In this document: positions 13,681 through 26,200 of the stretch, in pieces | Position numbering within the stretch: position 1 is the stretch's first letter | Layout of the letters: each line of letters opens with the position of its first letter | Assembly: GCA_016748015.1 (NCBI GenBank) | Contig: JAAOMT010000566.1 | Coordinates: forward strand, 186,001 to 250,000 | DNA length: 64,000 nucleotides | Reading direction: 5' to 3' | DNA from: Geosiphon pyriformis uo1 | Taxonomy: Eukaryota; Fungi; Glomeromycota | Program-made: the position numbers and the translations under genes | The notes under the pieces: model-generated | Told to the model about the DNA's origin: nothing | Databases searched by the model: none | What the model saw: only the letters and a program-made list of their open reading frames with translations

Positions 13681-14574
13681 ATATATTATTATATTTTAAC
13701 AATTGTTTATAAATAATAATTTTAATTAGTTTAAATAATTAATTATATATAAATAAAATATAATTTATTTATTTTAAACATATATATATTGTATAAATAA
13801 ATTAAAAAATATATATTTATTTAAACAAATAAACAAATAAATATATATATATGTATATAAATAAACAAAATAAAAATATTATATTTTCAAAACTACATTT
13901 GCTTATTTTATGTTATTTATAATAAAATAAAAAATAAATACAAATATATTATAATAATATTTATAATTAATACAAAATTACAAAAAAACTTGATTTATTT
14001 TACATGCTTTAATTTTTTACTTTGAATAAAAATTAATATATATTTTTTTTTAAAATATTTGAAAATTTTATTAATATGATAATTAATAATGATTTAAAAA
14101 CTTAAAAAATAAAGTAAAATATGATTATGTATTATGTAATTTAAGTTGAAAATCAAATATATATAAACAAATCACAATTTTAATAAAGATAAATTTATTT
14201 TGAATTCATTATATGACTAAAAAATCTTACCAGATATTTCAAAATCTGCATAAAATTATCTTTTTTGGACACCCAAGTCAAGAACTATCAAAAATAAATC
14301 CAAAATTGTCTTTATTTTAAAGACCATTCCTGTTACAAGCCTCATCTTTAGAATGAAGAAAAAATGAGATTACGTGTAAGATCAAAAATTTTATTGATGA
14401 GCACATATAGTAGAATGATGGTGATGACAAAAAATTATTCTTTGTTTATGTTATGCGTCAATAACGATAATTTATGGGCTGTTGGGTTAGGGTAAATTCT
14501 TTTGATTTGAACCATTAATGATTTGATGAAACTATTTTCTTATTGGAAATTTTGCTAGATATTTGATTGAAATT

Positions 14575-15768
14575 TCATGTGTCTGCCATCTCATTCTCTT
14601 CACATTGGTCAATATCTTCATCATTGTCCTCACTCCAACAATTATCGTCCTCATGACCTTTGGGGGAAGAATTCCATGGGCAATCAACAGGTTGAGGTGT
14701 TACACTCCGATGGCCATCATCATCACCGGTTGGGTTCGAGTTAACAGCATTTGTACCTACAGCCCCTAAATGCATCAATGTCATAACAGCCTCCATTGGG
14801 TAATCTGCTTCGATAAGACTTTGATCAAGTTCAGTTTCACTTGATCTTGTTGCCTTTTTGAGAAATTTATTTGTGTAAGGCTCTATTTTTATAGCGCGCT
14901 TTGAGAGATTTGTGTCTTGATAAGTCATGGGTACAAATGAAGAAAATTCTGTATTTTCAGCTTTTGCATTTGAAAAATCAACCCCAAATTCTTTCAGACT
15001 TGCAGCTGCTAATCCGTTGATTGCGTTCAGATCATTAAATAATCCGGTCAAGGCTGCAGCCGATGCCATTGCTTCACCTAATAGATCGTCACTGAGAGGC
15101 GAGGTACTACAGCTAATTTCAGAGTATTGAAGATTTTGATCGACAACATTTTGCCTTTTGATTTCTTGCTTTTTAATCTTTATATTATTTCTACGGACTC
15201 CAGGTTTATCGATCGCTTTCAAGATTTCAATGGGCTCGATTACTTGAATATCATCAGACACTCGACCAATCACATTATTTGTATTTGCTTCAGGACCCTC
15301 TGTCGCCCTATTTGAACTAGTATGTTCATTTCCTTCGTTTTTTAAATCATTCATTCTGCGTTCTTTTTCATAACGTTTTTCTTGACGCTTCTTGAACTCT
15401 TCTTGTAACCATAATCTCCTGGCCTCACTATCTTCTTTAGCAAAAAGCTTGCAAGCACGTTTATTCAGGCGAGCTCTAAGATCGTTATCTTTATCTATGT
15501 GCCAAGTTGAAAATTAAACTGTGATTAAATGATAGCACAATTACAAATGCGGTAATAAGAATCTTCTATCTGAATAAATAATACTTCTATCCGCGTTCAA
15601 TTTTCTCCAACGTTTTTTTCTTTCTCTATTTTCGGTTCGAATTTTGATAGCAATTAATTCTCTCTTATATTGTTCATTAGAGATATTAATTTCATGATTG
15701 ATTGCCTTTGGGGGTATATCAATCAAGCTCAAGTCGGAGCTAGATCCCTTTTCTTTTTTAATCCTCAT
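14575..15768 (-). CDS. DUF3020-domain fungal protein, 2 exons (15768-15585, 15494-14575), ~367 aa
   Basis: Removing a 90-nt GTATTA..CATAG intron (15584-15495) gives IRTENRERKKRWRKLNADRNKDNDLRARLNKRACKLF, the DUF3020 signature; frame stays open to TGA; an upstream exon cannot be excluded. Confidence 0.85.
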
Positions 15769-16292
15769 TGTGGTTTGTTTAGCAACGTTCAATGTGATTA
15801 CATGGACCCCTATGACTGATAGGTTTCGAAATTTTTAAAAAGGTAGAGAATAAATTCGGACAAGCGGAAAGTAAGTTATGGCTATATCTAGCCGAATATG
15901 ACCGTGTTCTCGTAAATTTTCAAGGTTATGAATACTTCCTGTCATGTTCGCAATTCTAATTAAAATTCTGAATGCCTCTTGGCCTATCGATTTTTACAAT
16001 TTTTTCAGTGTTTTAGTCAATTGCTCTCGGGCTTGATAGATTTTCTTGATGCGGATTAATTCGAGTAAGACTTGATAAAATAATCACACTTCAGAAGAAA
16101 CGAAGTTTGAGCATCGAGAAACGCGTTATAAAATTTCGGATTATTTAGATAACTGATGAGTTATCGAACCATCATATCGGATAAGATCAGCTACTTTACA
16201 TTGAGATTTTGCAACGAGACTAAATACTACCATAAAAAAATTGCACGAATATCTAATTTTCTCCTGCACTTAACGCGTGTCTCGTAAAATAT

Positions 16293-19280
16293 TTAATCAG
16301 TCGTGGGTGGGATATCTGAATGCGTCAAAGAGAATTTGGCACGTTGTATATGAATTAAAATCACAATTTGATCACCCTTCGATTCGAATTCGTCCCATCA
16401 ATTAAATGATAGAGGACTTTGATTGAGTTAAAAATAGAAAATTTGTTTATTTTATTAACTGTATACCTTCGACTCCATAACATCCATCGCTTCATTAATT
16501 CTTTCTTTGACCGCATTTCTGCTCAACTTTTCACTCATCAAATCTATTTCTTGATATTCAATTACGGAATCGATGTCCTAAGCAAATGAAGGACAATTTC
16601 CAATTATACATCCAATTAAAAAAATTCCAGTTGTTATTACTTATATTTTAAGATAACCTAATTCATCAGCAAGATTTTCGATCACTTTAGCTAATGCTAG
16701 GTCAGGTATTTCATTATCAGGGTGAAACTGAACTGCCGACATATCTTGGTGAAAATTCATGCAAGGATTATTGTTGAAAGAGAAGGACAATGAGATTACC
16801 TTGAAGCGTTTTAAATATCCAGGGTTCAGAATGGTTTTTCTTATTGCAAACTGAGTAAGAGCCAGAATTGTTATTTTTTAATATGGCGAAAGCCCGTTGT
16901 AAATCGACCGTTACTGAATGAGGTTTACCAATATCCTAATTTTTATTAATTACATCAATAAAATGTGCTATTTAAACTATTCAATTTGAAACGTATTTAA
17001 TTTAACATACCTCTCAACAAAAAACAGAATATGTCGCGATAATTTGGCAGATTTTCTGGCGATGGATTCTTGATTTGTTGAAATCATATCCTGTAGCATG
17101 AAGATAGTGTTTGGGTCTTTAGTATCTCTCCATACTGGATGATTCTATAAAAAACTCAAAAAGCTTGAGAAAAAGATCAAATATTGCAAATAAGTTTTCT
17201 TAGCTGATTCAATTTGTCGTTATCATGATCAGCGCTATATCTGAAAGGGTCATGAACAGGATTACTACTTTCAAACGGAATCTTTGTTTTGGTTTTAATG
17301 ATACTGCCGCTGTTGTTCTTGGACAAAAGAATACTCGGGTTATATTTTAAAGAGATTTAGTCAATATGTTTGTTTGAACTTTCTCAAGGCTTTTCACAAC
17401 AATGGATATTATCTTGATGGTGGAAATCTTCCTTTCCTTACATCTTGACTATAGAGTCCCATTCTTAGATTGAAATCACCCGTTTTTGGGTTTGATATTG
17501 CTTTTTGCTTCCTTTTCTATCTTAGAAGACGGTTCCTTTCGAAATAAATGAGTAAGAGTATGAATTTCCATAATAACTTAAATTCGAACTAACCACAATA
17601 TTTCCCCTAACAAATGCCTCTTTTATTTTGAGGTCTCACATCGATTATTTGGTGATTTGTTTAAGTTGTTCAGGGTAGATCGACCTGATTCAATTGGAAG
17701 CCGGAAAATGAAATTGCAATTATAAATGGTATGCTATTATTGGGGATATTGATCTGTGTCCCATACCAATCGGCCAAAATCAATGTAAATATTCTAAAGA
17801 ATGTTTGAGGAATAGCAATAAGTTGAACTAATATTTACTTCGTATCCCAAATTTTGATTAAATTGGGAAATGTCAATTTCAGTCTATAGCTATATCTATG
17901 GATAAACTCAGACTTACATGAATTTCCTTCTCATAGCTAGCCTCGATTGTAAAATCATTTCTCTCTAGGTGCTTGTTTATTTCTTTGACGGAATTTTTTT
18001 CTTTTGATGCACTTTCTCTGGTATAACGTTTTTGATTTCTGTGGGAATTCTTAATTTTTGAAAATTTTGGTTGTGAATTGTTTGAAGACGATCCAACCAT
18101 AGACTTTTAAAATTTTACAGGGATATAGCTATTTTCGTACGGATTTTCAATTGGTGAGGAACAAAAATCTTTTGCTGATTCATCATTCTTGAAAGTTGAT
18201 AGGGCTATCTCGCTTTTTATTTAAAGGAATTCTTTCATTGCTTCATCTCGCTCTTGTGCCTTGAGTGTGCGATTTTTTGATATTCTAATGCTCTTATCAA
18301 GGCATGATTTTTTGCCTTAAGCGACTCCGCGATCGTTTGGAACTCTATAGGAATATATTTGATTAATATATTAGCAAAGGGATCTTTAGAAACTTCAAAA
18401 TAATCTTACTTTCTTTTTATTGTTTCTTAGCTTTCATTTCTTGCTCAAATGAAGAACTTTACATCCCTGTAAAGGCCTCTTTCGTTTGTTCACGAAGCAA
18501 AATTTTGCGATGACTTATAAAACTAACCGTTCAATTGCTTTTTGGTTTCCTGATTCTAATTCAGAAATCCTTGAATTGATATTTTCTCTTTTCAAGTACA
18601 TTCCTAGAATTCGCAGATTAAGGATTTTTTTCTGTTTACAACTCAAATATCTTTTATTTTTTCAGCAAAGCTGCTATTGGCCTTATTCAGTGATTTTCTT
18701 GAAATTATGCTTTCGAGAAAACTTCGAAGACTGATAACATTGAACTCCCATACTACTTATCCTTTGTATTCGGGGGATTTAACGATGATAAATTTTCTAT
18801 TTCAAAAGAGCTTATGGAAAATATATGGTGATTTAGGAGATCGCATAGAATCATCAGGAAATAATGTAAGAGTTAATAATCGAGTTATTGCTGCTGTGTA
18901 GGTTTCTCCTTGGCGTTTTTTTCTTGAACTAGATTTTCAAGTTCTTTTTTTTCGATTAATTGCAGTTTGAATTTTTTTCTTGGTGCAAGCGTGGTTCAAA
19001 ATCTTTCATAAGAGTCAAGACTATCACATTGTCATCTGTTGGGAGAATTCATATTGTAGCAAGTTCACTGCCCACGGAGTCCAGACTCAAAGCGTGCTCT
19101 GTCATCTAATGATTTTGAATCTGAAAAATAGTAAAGGGCCAACTGATCATCGTGTTCTTCAATTTCGTGAGCGGCAGCTTCGAGAGGCCAAAAAATTATG
19201 TTGGTTATCTCTCGTTTAAAACGCTGTAGCCCCTGTCTTCAAGAACTTTTTAAGCTTGTGGACGATGGTTGGCCGGAAAC
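16293..19280 (-). pseudogene. Cep57/translokin - Ppc89-like spindle pole body/centrosomal coiled-coil gene, multi-exon, disrupted
   Basis: Spliced 3' exons (16744-16641, 16577-16467, 16376-16293) give PDLALAKVIENLADELGYLKI*...RNAVKERINEAMDVMESK|GDQIVIL, resembling Cep57_MT_bd; upstream FQTIAESLKAKNHALIRAL..QERDEAM resembles the Cep57 CLD; in-frame TAA at 16641, 18107, 18221 and 18417 plus frameshifts; 5' end uncertain. Confidence 0.7.
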
Positions 19281-19294
19281 ATCTAATTGTCTTT

Positions 19295-19309
19295 ACGCGT
19301 CTAACGCGT
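19295..19309. promoter_or_regulatory. Tandem MCB (ACGCGT x2) upstream of the Cep57/Ppc89-like gene
   Basis: ACGCGT at 19295-19300 and 19304-19309; MCB/MBF controls G1/S genes, including SPB genes, in yeasts. Confidence 0.5.
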
Positions 19310-20013
19310 GAGATTACCTCATTTGTAACACGAGGTTCCATTTCGAGATTAAATACTTTCGATAAACTTGAAATTATTGTTTGCTATTGTAATGAAACAA
19401 TATTTTTCCCTCGCAGTATCCGAGCATCTGCGATACAAAAGTTGTAAATGTGTCAACGGTTATGTAATATTTACTGCGTAATGCCCTATCAATATTGATA
19501 ATTTAAATTATTAATTAGATTTTATACATAAATTATATTGTATTGTATTAGATAGATCATATTAAATAAATAAAAATCATTTTTATAATAAACTAATTTC
19601 TATATAATTAGTTATCTATAATAATAATATATATTGTTCAAAATATTTAATATTTAAATAACTGTTATATTTTTAAATTTAGTTATTGTATAGTTTTTTA
19701 CTAATTTGTGTATTTTATTAATATAAATAATTATTATATGTATATATATATATTATTTTTTATTTAATAAGTAAAATTCAATTACATATTTTTATGTTTT
19801 AAATTTTAAAAAATATTAAAAAATATTTTTTTCATTGATCCCCTGGCCATTATGAAAACAGAAGATTTTTTAAGAGAAATCACTTTATTTTATCACTTTT
19901 TTCCTTGTTCTATTTAAGTCATTTCTTCTAATATATTTCCTTTTATTGCGATGAAACCAGTAGGCTTGTCTGTTGGAGTTTCTGGCTCGGTTTTGGCTGG
20001 TTTGGGAACCTGC

Positions 20014-20986
20014 TGTTACTGGAGGTTTTTGGTCTCTTTTCTTAAATGTTGGTAATGTTGATTTGCTGTGAATTCCCATTCTCAGGAAGTTGTTGAACCT
20101 CCAGTGACTGAATTTATCTTCAAATTATCTCCTATAATTTGAACTGCTGGGCTTATAAGTGGAATAGCCAATTCCTTGCCAGTTATTTTATGTAGTTATA
20201 TTGTAGTAAATGTCAACTTTTTTCCAGAAATTGCTTGTCTGGAAGCTCACTAAAAATGTGTAGTTACTTTGCTGTAAAAGTCAACTCTTCTACAAGAATC
20301 TCGTCTGTAGGCTACCCTAATAATTGTAATAAGAAAAGAAAAGAAAAATAAAAGAAATGTAAAAGAAATAGGATTTTATCAAGGAAAACATTTTTTATCT
20401 AGGCCTGGAGTCACTAACAGTTTACTGAAATTGGTAGCTAATTAATTTCAAAACATTAGTTGGGTTTTGAGAATTTTCCAAGTGCAATAATTAAAGAATT
20501 TTGGTTTTTTTTTGAATTATTTGATATTTATTTTTTTTTGTGTGTAAGAATGGTTCTAAGTGATAAATCTAAAGTAAGATACATTTTCTTAAAGAGAAAA
20601 GCTCTTCTTTTATACAACTTGTTGTAGTACTAGTCTATGAACTTGCACTTTTTCTCTTTGCTCAAATTTCGGCAAATTAAAGACACATTTTGATGAACTA
20701 CAAGTTATTTCGCTGAACTATTGATTAATTTGGGTGAACTATTCATAATTTTGGCGAATTTCTGTAAATTTCAGTGAATTTTTGAATATTACAAAGTTCA
20801 GAGTATTGTGTAATTTAATCATCCTACTTTCTGTTATACTAATTAGATCATTTTAATTGAATCATGATATGTAATAATTGATTAAATAATAAATGATAAT
20901 TTGAAATGATATTAATATACTAATTAATTATAGAAATTATAAGAGTAATTTCATGCTAATTAATAGCTAAAATTCTACTAGTAACA
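20014..20986 (-). repeat. 3' LTR of Gypsy A
   Basis: Direct repeat of 28918-29932; preceded on the minus strand by PPT GAGGAGGAG (20987-21002). Confidence 0.95.
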
Positions 20987-21674
20987 TAATCTCCTCCTCA
21001 AGACTGAGCTCTGTCGAAGTCCAAGCACTATCTGTAATATTGAGATAGTGATCCAAAATAATTGAAGTAATCTGGTCTGAAAATTGTTAAAATTCTAGTT
21101 CTGTAAGTTTGCCAATGTATTAGACTTTCATTGGTTGCAGTATTGGATTTTGTAGAACATTTTCACAAGTATTAAACAAATTATAGAGTCTAAAAGCTGC
21201 TCTAAGTTTGTAATGAGTGTTTGTTGGTCCAGCTGCTGTTTTGAATTCATTGTGAATTTGTTTTTGTATAGCTTTAGGAGTAAGATTTGTTGCTTCAAGT
21301 TCTAGTTTTCGTTTATAAAGTGTCTTTCCAATGTGAAAGTATTTATAGATAGGGGTGTGTTTATTGTTCTGTTCATTGAGAAGTAGTAGAAGTTTTTGTT
21401 GTATTGTAGCATTTGATGGAATGTTGATAAGGGCAATTAAAAAATTTTCTTTTAGTGCTTGCTTCAAAAGTCTTGGTAACCTATTTTCAGAGTGACTTCT
21501 TGTTTTTTTTCTATAAGAGTGATAGTTCTGTGAATGATTTGCTACTAGCACTGTGATTTCTTTCTGAATGTAATTAATTTGACTTCCATTAATCGTTATA
21601 GATAAGTCAGAAAGTGTTTTTAAGACTAACATTAACTTTTGGGATATTTGTTGAATATTTCGGGAAATAATCAT
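20967..21674 (-). pseudogene. Gypsy A ORF3, unknown helical protein (~235 aa ancestrally; two CAA>TAA stops)
   Basis: ORF 21120-21674 continues in frame through the PPT into the LTR; homologous to the stop-free frame 33133-33576 in Gypsy B. Confidence 0.85.
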
Positions 21675-21819
21675 GACAAAATTGACTAATTATGAAAAGA
21701 GAGAATAAGGAAAATTATTTTTGAGATATGGGATTTTTATTTGTTTTTGGGTTTGGGTGTTTTTGTAATTTATTTACTATTTTTGTCTTTGTGTTTTTAT
21801 TGAAGAATTATTGTAAAAT

Positions 21820-23205
21820 TTAAGTGTTCAAGTTTGGTTGTTGTTCTATTATAATTATTGGTTCTAAATTTTGGAGAATATCTTTAGGATTAATTAAAAG
21901 GGAATGTGTACCAATTTGTGGAATTAATGGTTCAGGATTGTTTCTGGAATGATAGTGTTTCAATCTGTCTCCATGTGCAACTTTTGCTAGTATTTTGTCA
22001 TTAAGTCTTAATTTGTATGATCCATTGCCTAGAATTTCGTAAATATAAAATGGTCCATCCCATTTGTTTTCAAATTTTCCACTCCATTGTTTTTTAGCCT
22101 TAGTTTTGTGTAAGAGAACTTTATTTCCAACTTTAAATTCGTTGGTAATAGGTGGTAATTTGTTGTCATGTCTTTCTTTTTGTTGAGCTTGGGAATGTTT
22201 AATATGAGTTGCTGCTATTCTTCTTTTTCCTTCCAGTGTACTAAAAAGAGTGTAGGCCCTTCTTTGGAGTGTTTCTTGAAAGTTTTCTTCATTGATTGGT
22301 TGCACTGGATATGTTTCCACTGTGAAATTAATTAGTAATATTGCTGTTTTTCCATAAGTAAGATTAAATGATATGTGTTTTGTAATATTTTGTTTTAGTG
22401 TTCTGTATGCTAGTAACACTGATGAAATAAAGATATCTCATTTCTGCTCAAAGTCTGTTGAGACTTTGGCTAGAGATTTACACAATGTTCTGTTGAAACG
22501 TTCTACAAGTCTATTTGTTTGAGGGTGATAAAGTGATGATAAAAGTCTTTTGATATTGAATTGTTCACAAATTTTTTGTATCAAGTTGTTCACAAAATGT
22601 GTTCCTTGATTAGATAAGAGTTCAATTGGGCATTCATGTCTACAGATAATGTCTTTATAGATGAAATTTGCTACTAATTTTGCATCTGCTCTTTGGATGG
22701 CTCTAGCTTCAGGCCATTTGGTAAAATAATCCACTGCAACTGCAATATAACAATTTCCTTGGGTTGTAATAGGTAATGATCTGACTAAATCAATTCCAAC
22801 TCTGTCAAAAGGTTGTCCAACTTTAATTGGATTTAAAGGTTCTGTGGGGCGAGTTCCTTCTCTTTTTTGACAACTATCACAAGATTCTACATATTGTTGA
22901 ATGTTTTTTTGCATGTGAGGCCAAAAATAATGTTTAAGGGTTCTTTGAATTGTTCCATCTCTTCCCAAGTGTGCTGAAAACGGATCTGTGTGCATGTTAT
23001 ATAAAATTGTTTCTTTTTCATTCTCTTGTACTAATCTGAGTGGTTGTTTTGGGTTTCTGTAATTTTTATAATAGATTTTGTTCTGGTGTATAAAATATTG
23101 TTTTGATTGGTGTTGTAAACGATGTTTTTTACTTGGAAACCAGTTTTCTGGCATGATAAGAGTCTCTAAATAATTTTTAAGATTGCTGTAATTTCTGAGA
23201 TCCAT
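21820..23205 (-). pseudogene. Gypsy A integrase (HHCC, DDE core, GPY/F), separate ORF with its own ATG
   Basis: MHTDPFSAH..CDSC; GIDLV, LSNQGTHF, LVERFN; WDGPFYI; no chromodomain. Confidence 0.93.
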
Positions 23206-23262
23206 TCTTATTTGGTTATTCTGTTGGTAAGTTGGTAAGTTGTGGTGGAATTGTTGTTGGTA

Positions 23263-26200
23263 TTAATTTTGTCTCATTCTTAAGAGGCTATCAACATTGG
23301 TATGTAGTTTTCCTGGTTTGTGATGTACAATATATCTGTAGTCTGCTAGGAAGTCATTCTATTGAGACTGTTTGGCACTTTGTTCAGTTTTCTTTTTATT
23401 GAGCCATTTGAGGCCAATGTTGTCCATTATTATGTTAAATTTTTTTCCATTCTTCAGATATTGTTGAAAATGTTTAAAAGCCCAAATAACTGCAGCAGCT
23501 TCTAATTCAGTTGAGCCATATTTTAGTTCTATTGGTTTGAGTGTTCTATTAGCATAAGCAATGACTTGTTCTTGCCCATTTTCATCTACTTGTAATAAGA
23601 TGGCACCAAATGCTATGTGTGAAGCATCAGTGGCTAGTTGAAATTGTTTGTTAAAGTCTGAGTAAGCAAGAACTGGAGCTGTTGTCAGCTTTGTTTTGAG
23701 GGTTTCAAATGCTTTTTGTTATTCTTCAGTCCATTTATATGGCACATTTTTATTGGTGAGATAATTGAGTAGTTTGGCAATTTCTGAAAATCCTTTGATG
23801 AATTTTCGATAATAGGAGGCTAATTCTACAAATCCTTGTAGCTCTGTGGTATTTTTTGGAGTTTGGAAGTTTTTGACAGCACTAATTGTTCCAGGGTTTG
23901 GTTTGACTCCATCTTTGCTAACAATGTGTCCAAAAAAGATTAAGCTTGTTTTTTCAAAGTGACATTTCTCAATATTCAACTTCAATTTTGCTTTCCGTAA
24001 TCATTGAAAAACTTCTCACAGATGAATAAGATGGGCTTCAAAGCTTGGTGAGTACACATCAGTGTTATCAAGATAAACAACTACTGATTGCCATAAGAGT
24101 CCTTTATATACAACATTCATGAGTTGTTGGAATGTTGCTGGTGCATTGCAGAGTTCAAAAAACATAACATTGAACTTATAGTTTCCTCTTTGGGTGGTGA
24201 ATGCTGTTTTGGATCAGTCTTTTGGGTCCATTTCGACTTGCCAGTATCCACTTTTCAAGTCTAAAGTTGAGAAGAACTTGGCTTTTCCTAGAGCATCTAG
24301 CATGTCATCAATTTTTGAAAGAGGGTAGGCATCTCCAATTGTAATATTATTCAGTTGTCTATAATCAACACAGAATCTGATTTTTCCGTTTTTCTTTTTA
24401 ACTAAAACTACTGGTGAGGCCCAAGGACTTCTTGATGATTGAATCAATCTATTATTGAGCATTCTTTGGACCTCTTCTCTGATAAATTGGTGGCTGGCAG
24501 GTGGTATTCGATAGACTTGTTGATATTTTGGTGGAGCATCTCTTGTATGGATCTGATGTTGAACAATGTCTGTTTTTCCCAAGTCATTGTTGTCTTTTGC
24601 AAATATATCTGCAAATTCAGCTATCAATTGTTTCAATTGTCTTTGTTGTTGAGATTCTAAGGGATCCATGTTAATTTAAGAGAGTTTTTCTTCCAAAAAG
24701 TAGTAGTTTTCAGTAGTGAAAATAATATTTGGATTTGGGAGTAGAGTGTGTCTTACAATTTCGATGAAATTAGAGACAATTTGAGGGTTTTCATCTTGAA
24801 AAATATTGCTGTGTATGATTCTAATCTCTAGTTTGTTTAATAAAACAATAGGGTAATTATTAGGGTTGTAGAATATAACTTGAAATATTCTCATTCCTTT
24901 GGAAATATAAACGTTTGGAATTGAGATTTCATGCTTTAAACAGATTTGTTCATTGGATTCAAAAATTTGTTGTGTGGTGGTGGGTTTTGAGCAAGTATAA
25001 ATTTCGTAATGTTCTCCAAAAGGTGAAATGGTAATTGGCTGGGAAAGTTGAAGAATCTGGTGAGATTCATTTTGTGTATTAAGAGCTATGTTTACTGGAA
25101 TTGTAAATCGTCCAGTTGAACCAAAATCTTGAGTTTCTCTTTAACTTTTTCCCAATTGTTCTCTGTTGTTTACTGATTGTAATCTCGAAATGTTGATTAA
25201 GGGTAAGTAAATTGCTTGAGCAATTTTTTTAGCATGTTCAATTTTGAATGGTTTGTCTGTCTCGTTTTGTAACATAATGGTAATGTCTTCAGTGTATCCT
25301 GCATCTATAACTCCTCCTCTAATATTGATTCCTTTGCTTGCCAATGATGATCTGAAGGCAATTTGAACTATTGCTCCTGGTGAAATTTCAAGAGCAATTT
25401 TAAGATTGATTTTTGTCAAGGACTTTGGTTGGAGAACCAAAGTATTTTTTTCTGGGTATCTTAGGTCATATCCAGCATCAATTTTGTGTGCTTTTTCTGG
25501 TCTGATTTCTTGGCCATGGTTGTCAAAATATTTAAGTTGTAGAGGTAGTTGCTTTTCAAGAAAATAGATGGAAGCAGTTGGTAGTTCTTTTACTAGTTCA
25601 GATACTCCAAATTCAATTTCATTTTCATCATTCTCATCTGGCAGAGGAATGCTAAGAGCATAACATTCTAAACACCATTGGTCATCACAAGGCATAACAC
25701 ATTCTTCACACAATTGAATGTTCATTTGCTCTAATCGTTGAATTTGAGCTTCTTTGGTCAGATATGTATGGCTTGCAATTTGGTAGTAGGTTTCTACTTT
25801 ATCTTCATAATCAAATCCAGCTAATTCTATGGTATACTTAATATATTCAGCTTCTTTCATGTGGTGGACATCTTTTTGGATAGCTCTATTGATTAATGCC
25901 ATTGCTAAGTCAAAAATCATTTCAGCATCATGAGAGTAGTAGTAAAGTTTATTGAAAGCACTGTTGTATGCTGCATCAAATAGTATTCCTCTTCTGACTT
26001 TTTCCGAAATTGATAAAGCATATTGACAGGTTTGATCACATACTTCTCTTCTCATTGCTACATCAATCCAATTGCATTCTTCTGGTAGCATTTCTCTACA
26101 TGTAAGGCAAAGAGTTTTGTCCTATTTTCCACTTTTCTTTGGGGATCCAATTCGTTCTCTATGGCATGCCTTGCAGAAGTAACAAGTACAAGTTTCATAT

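Noticed and set aside
15495-15544. 50-nt GTAATT..CATAG intron for the DUF3020 gene
   Set aside because: Gives an immediate stop; the upstream donor at 15584 restores the domain
16293-19280. TAA/TAG-to-Gln code reassignment explaining the in-frame stops
   Set aside because: Frameshifts and TGA stops also occur, and stops map to Trp and Arg codons too; LINE ORF2s terminate at a conserved TAG
18486-19447. Plus-strand short ORFs as host genes
   Set aside because: No recognisable motifs; splice signals and domain similarity are on the minus strand
20967-21674. ORF3 as a retroviral envelope
   Set aside because: Short, with no evident signal peptide, fusion peptide or TM anchor
21820-21960. Chromodomain at the integrase C-terminus
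   Set aside because: Only ~35 Pro/Ile-rich residues follow the GPY/F module; no aromatic-cage pattern
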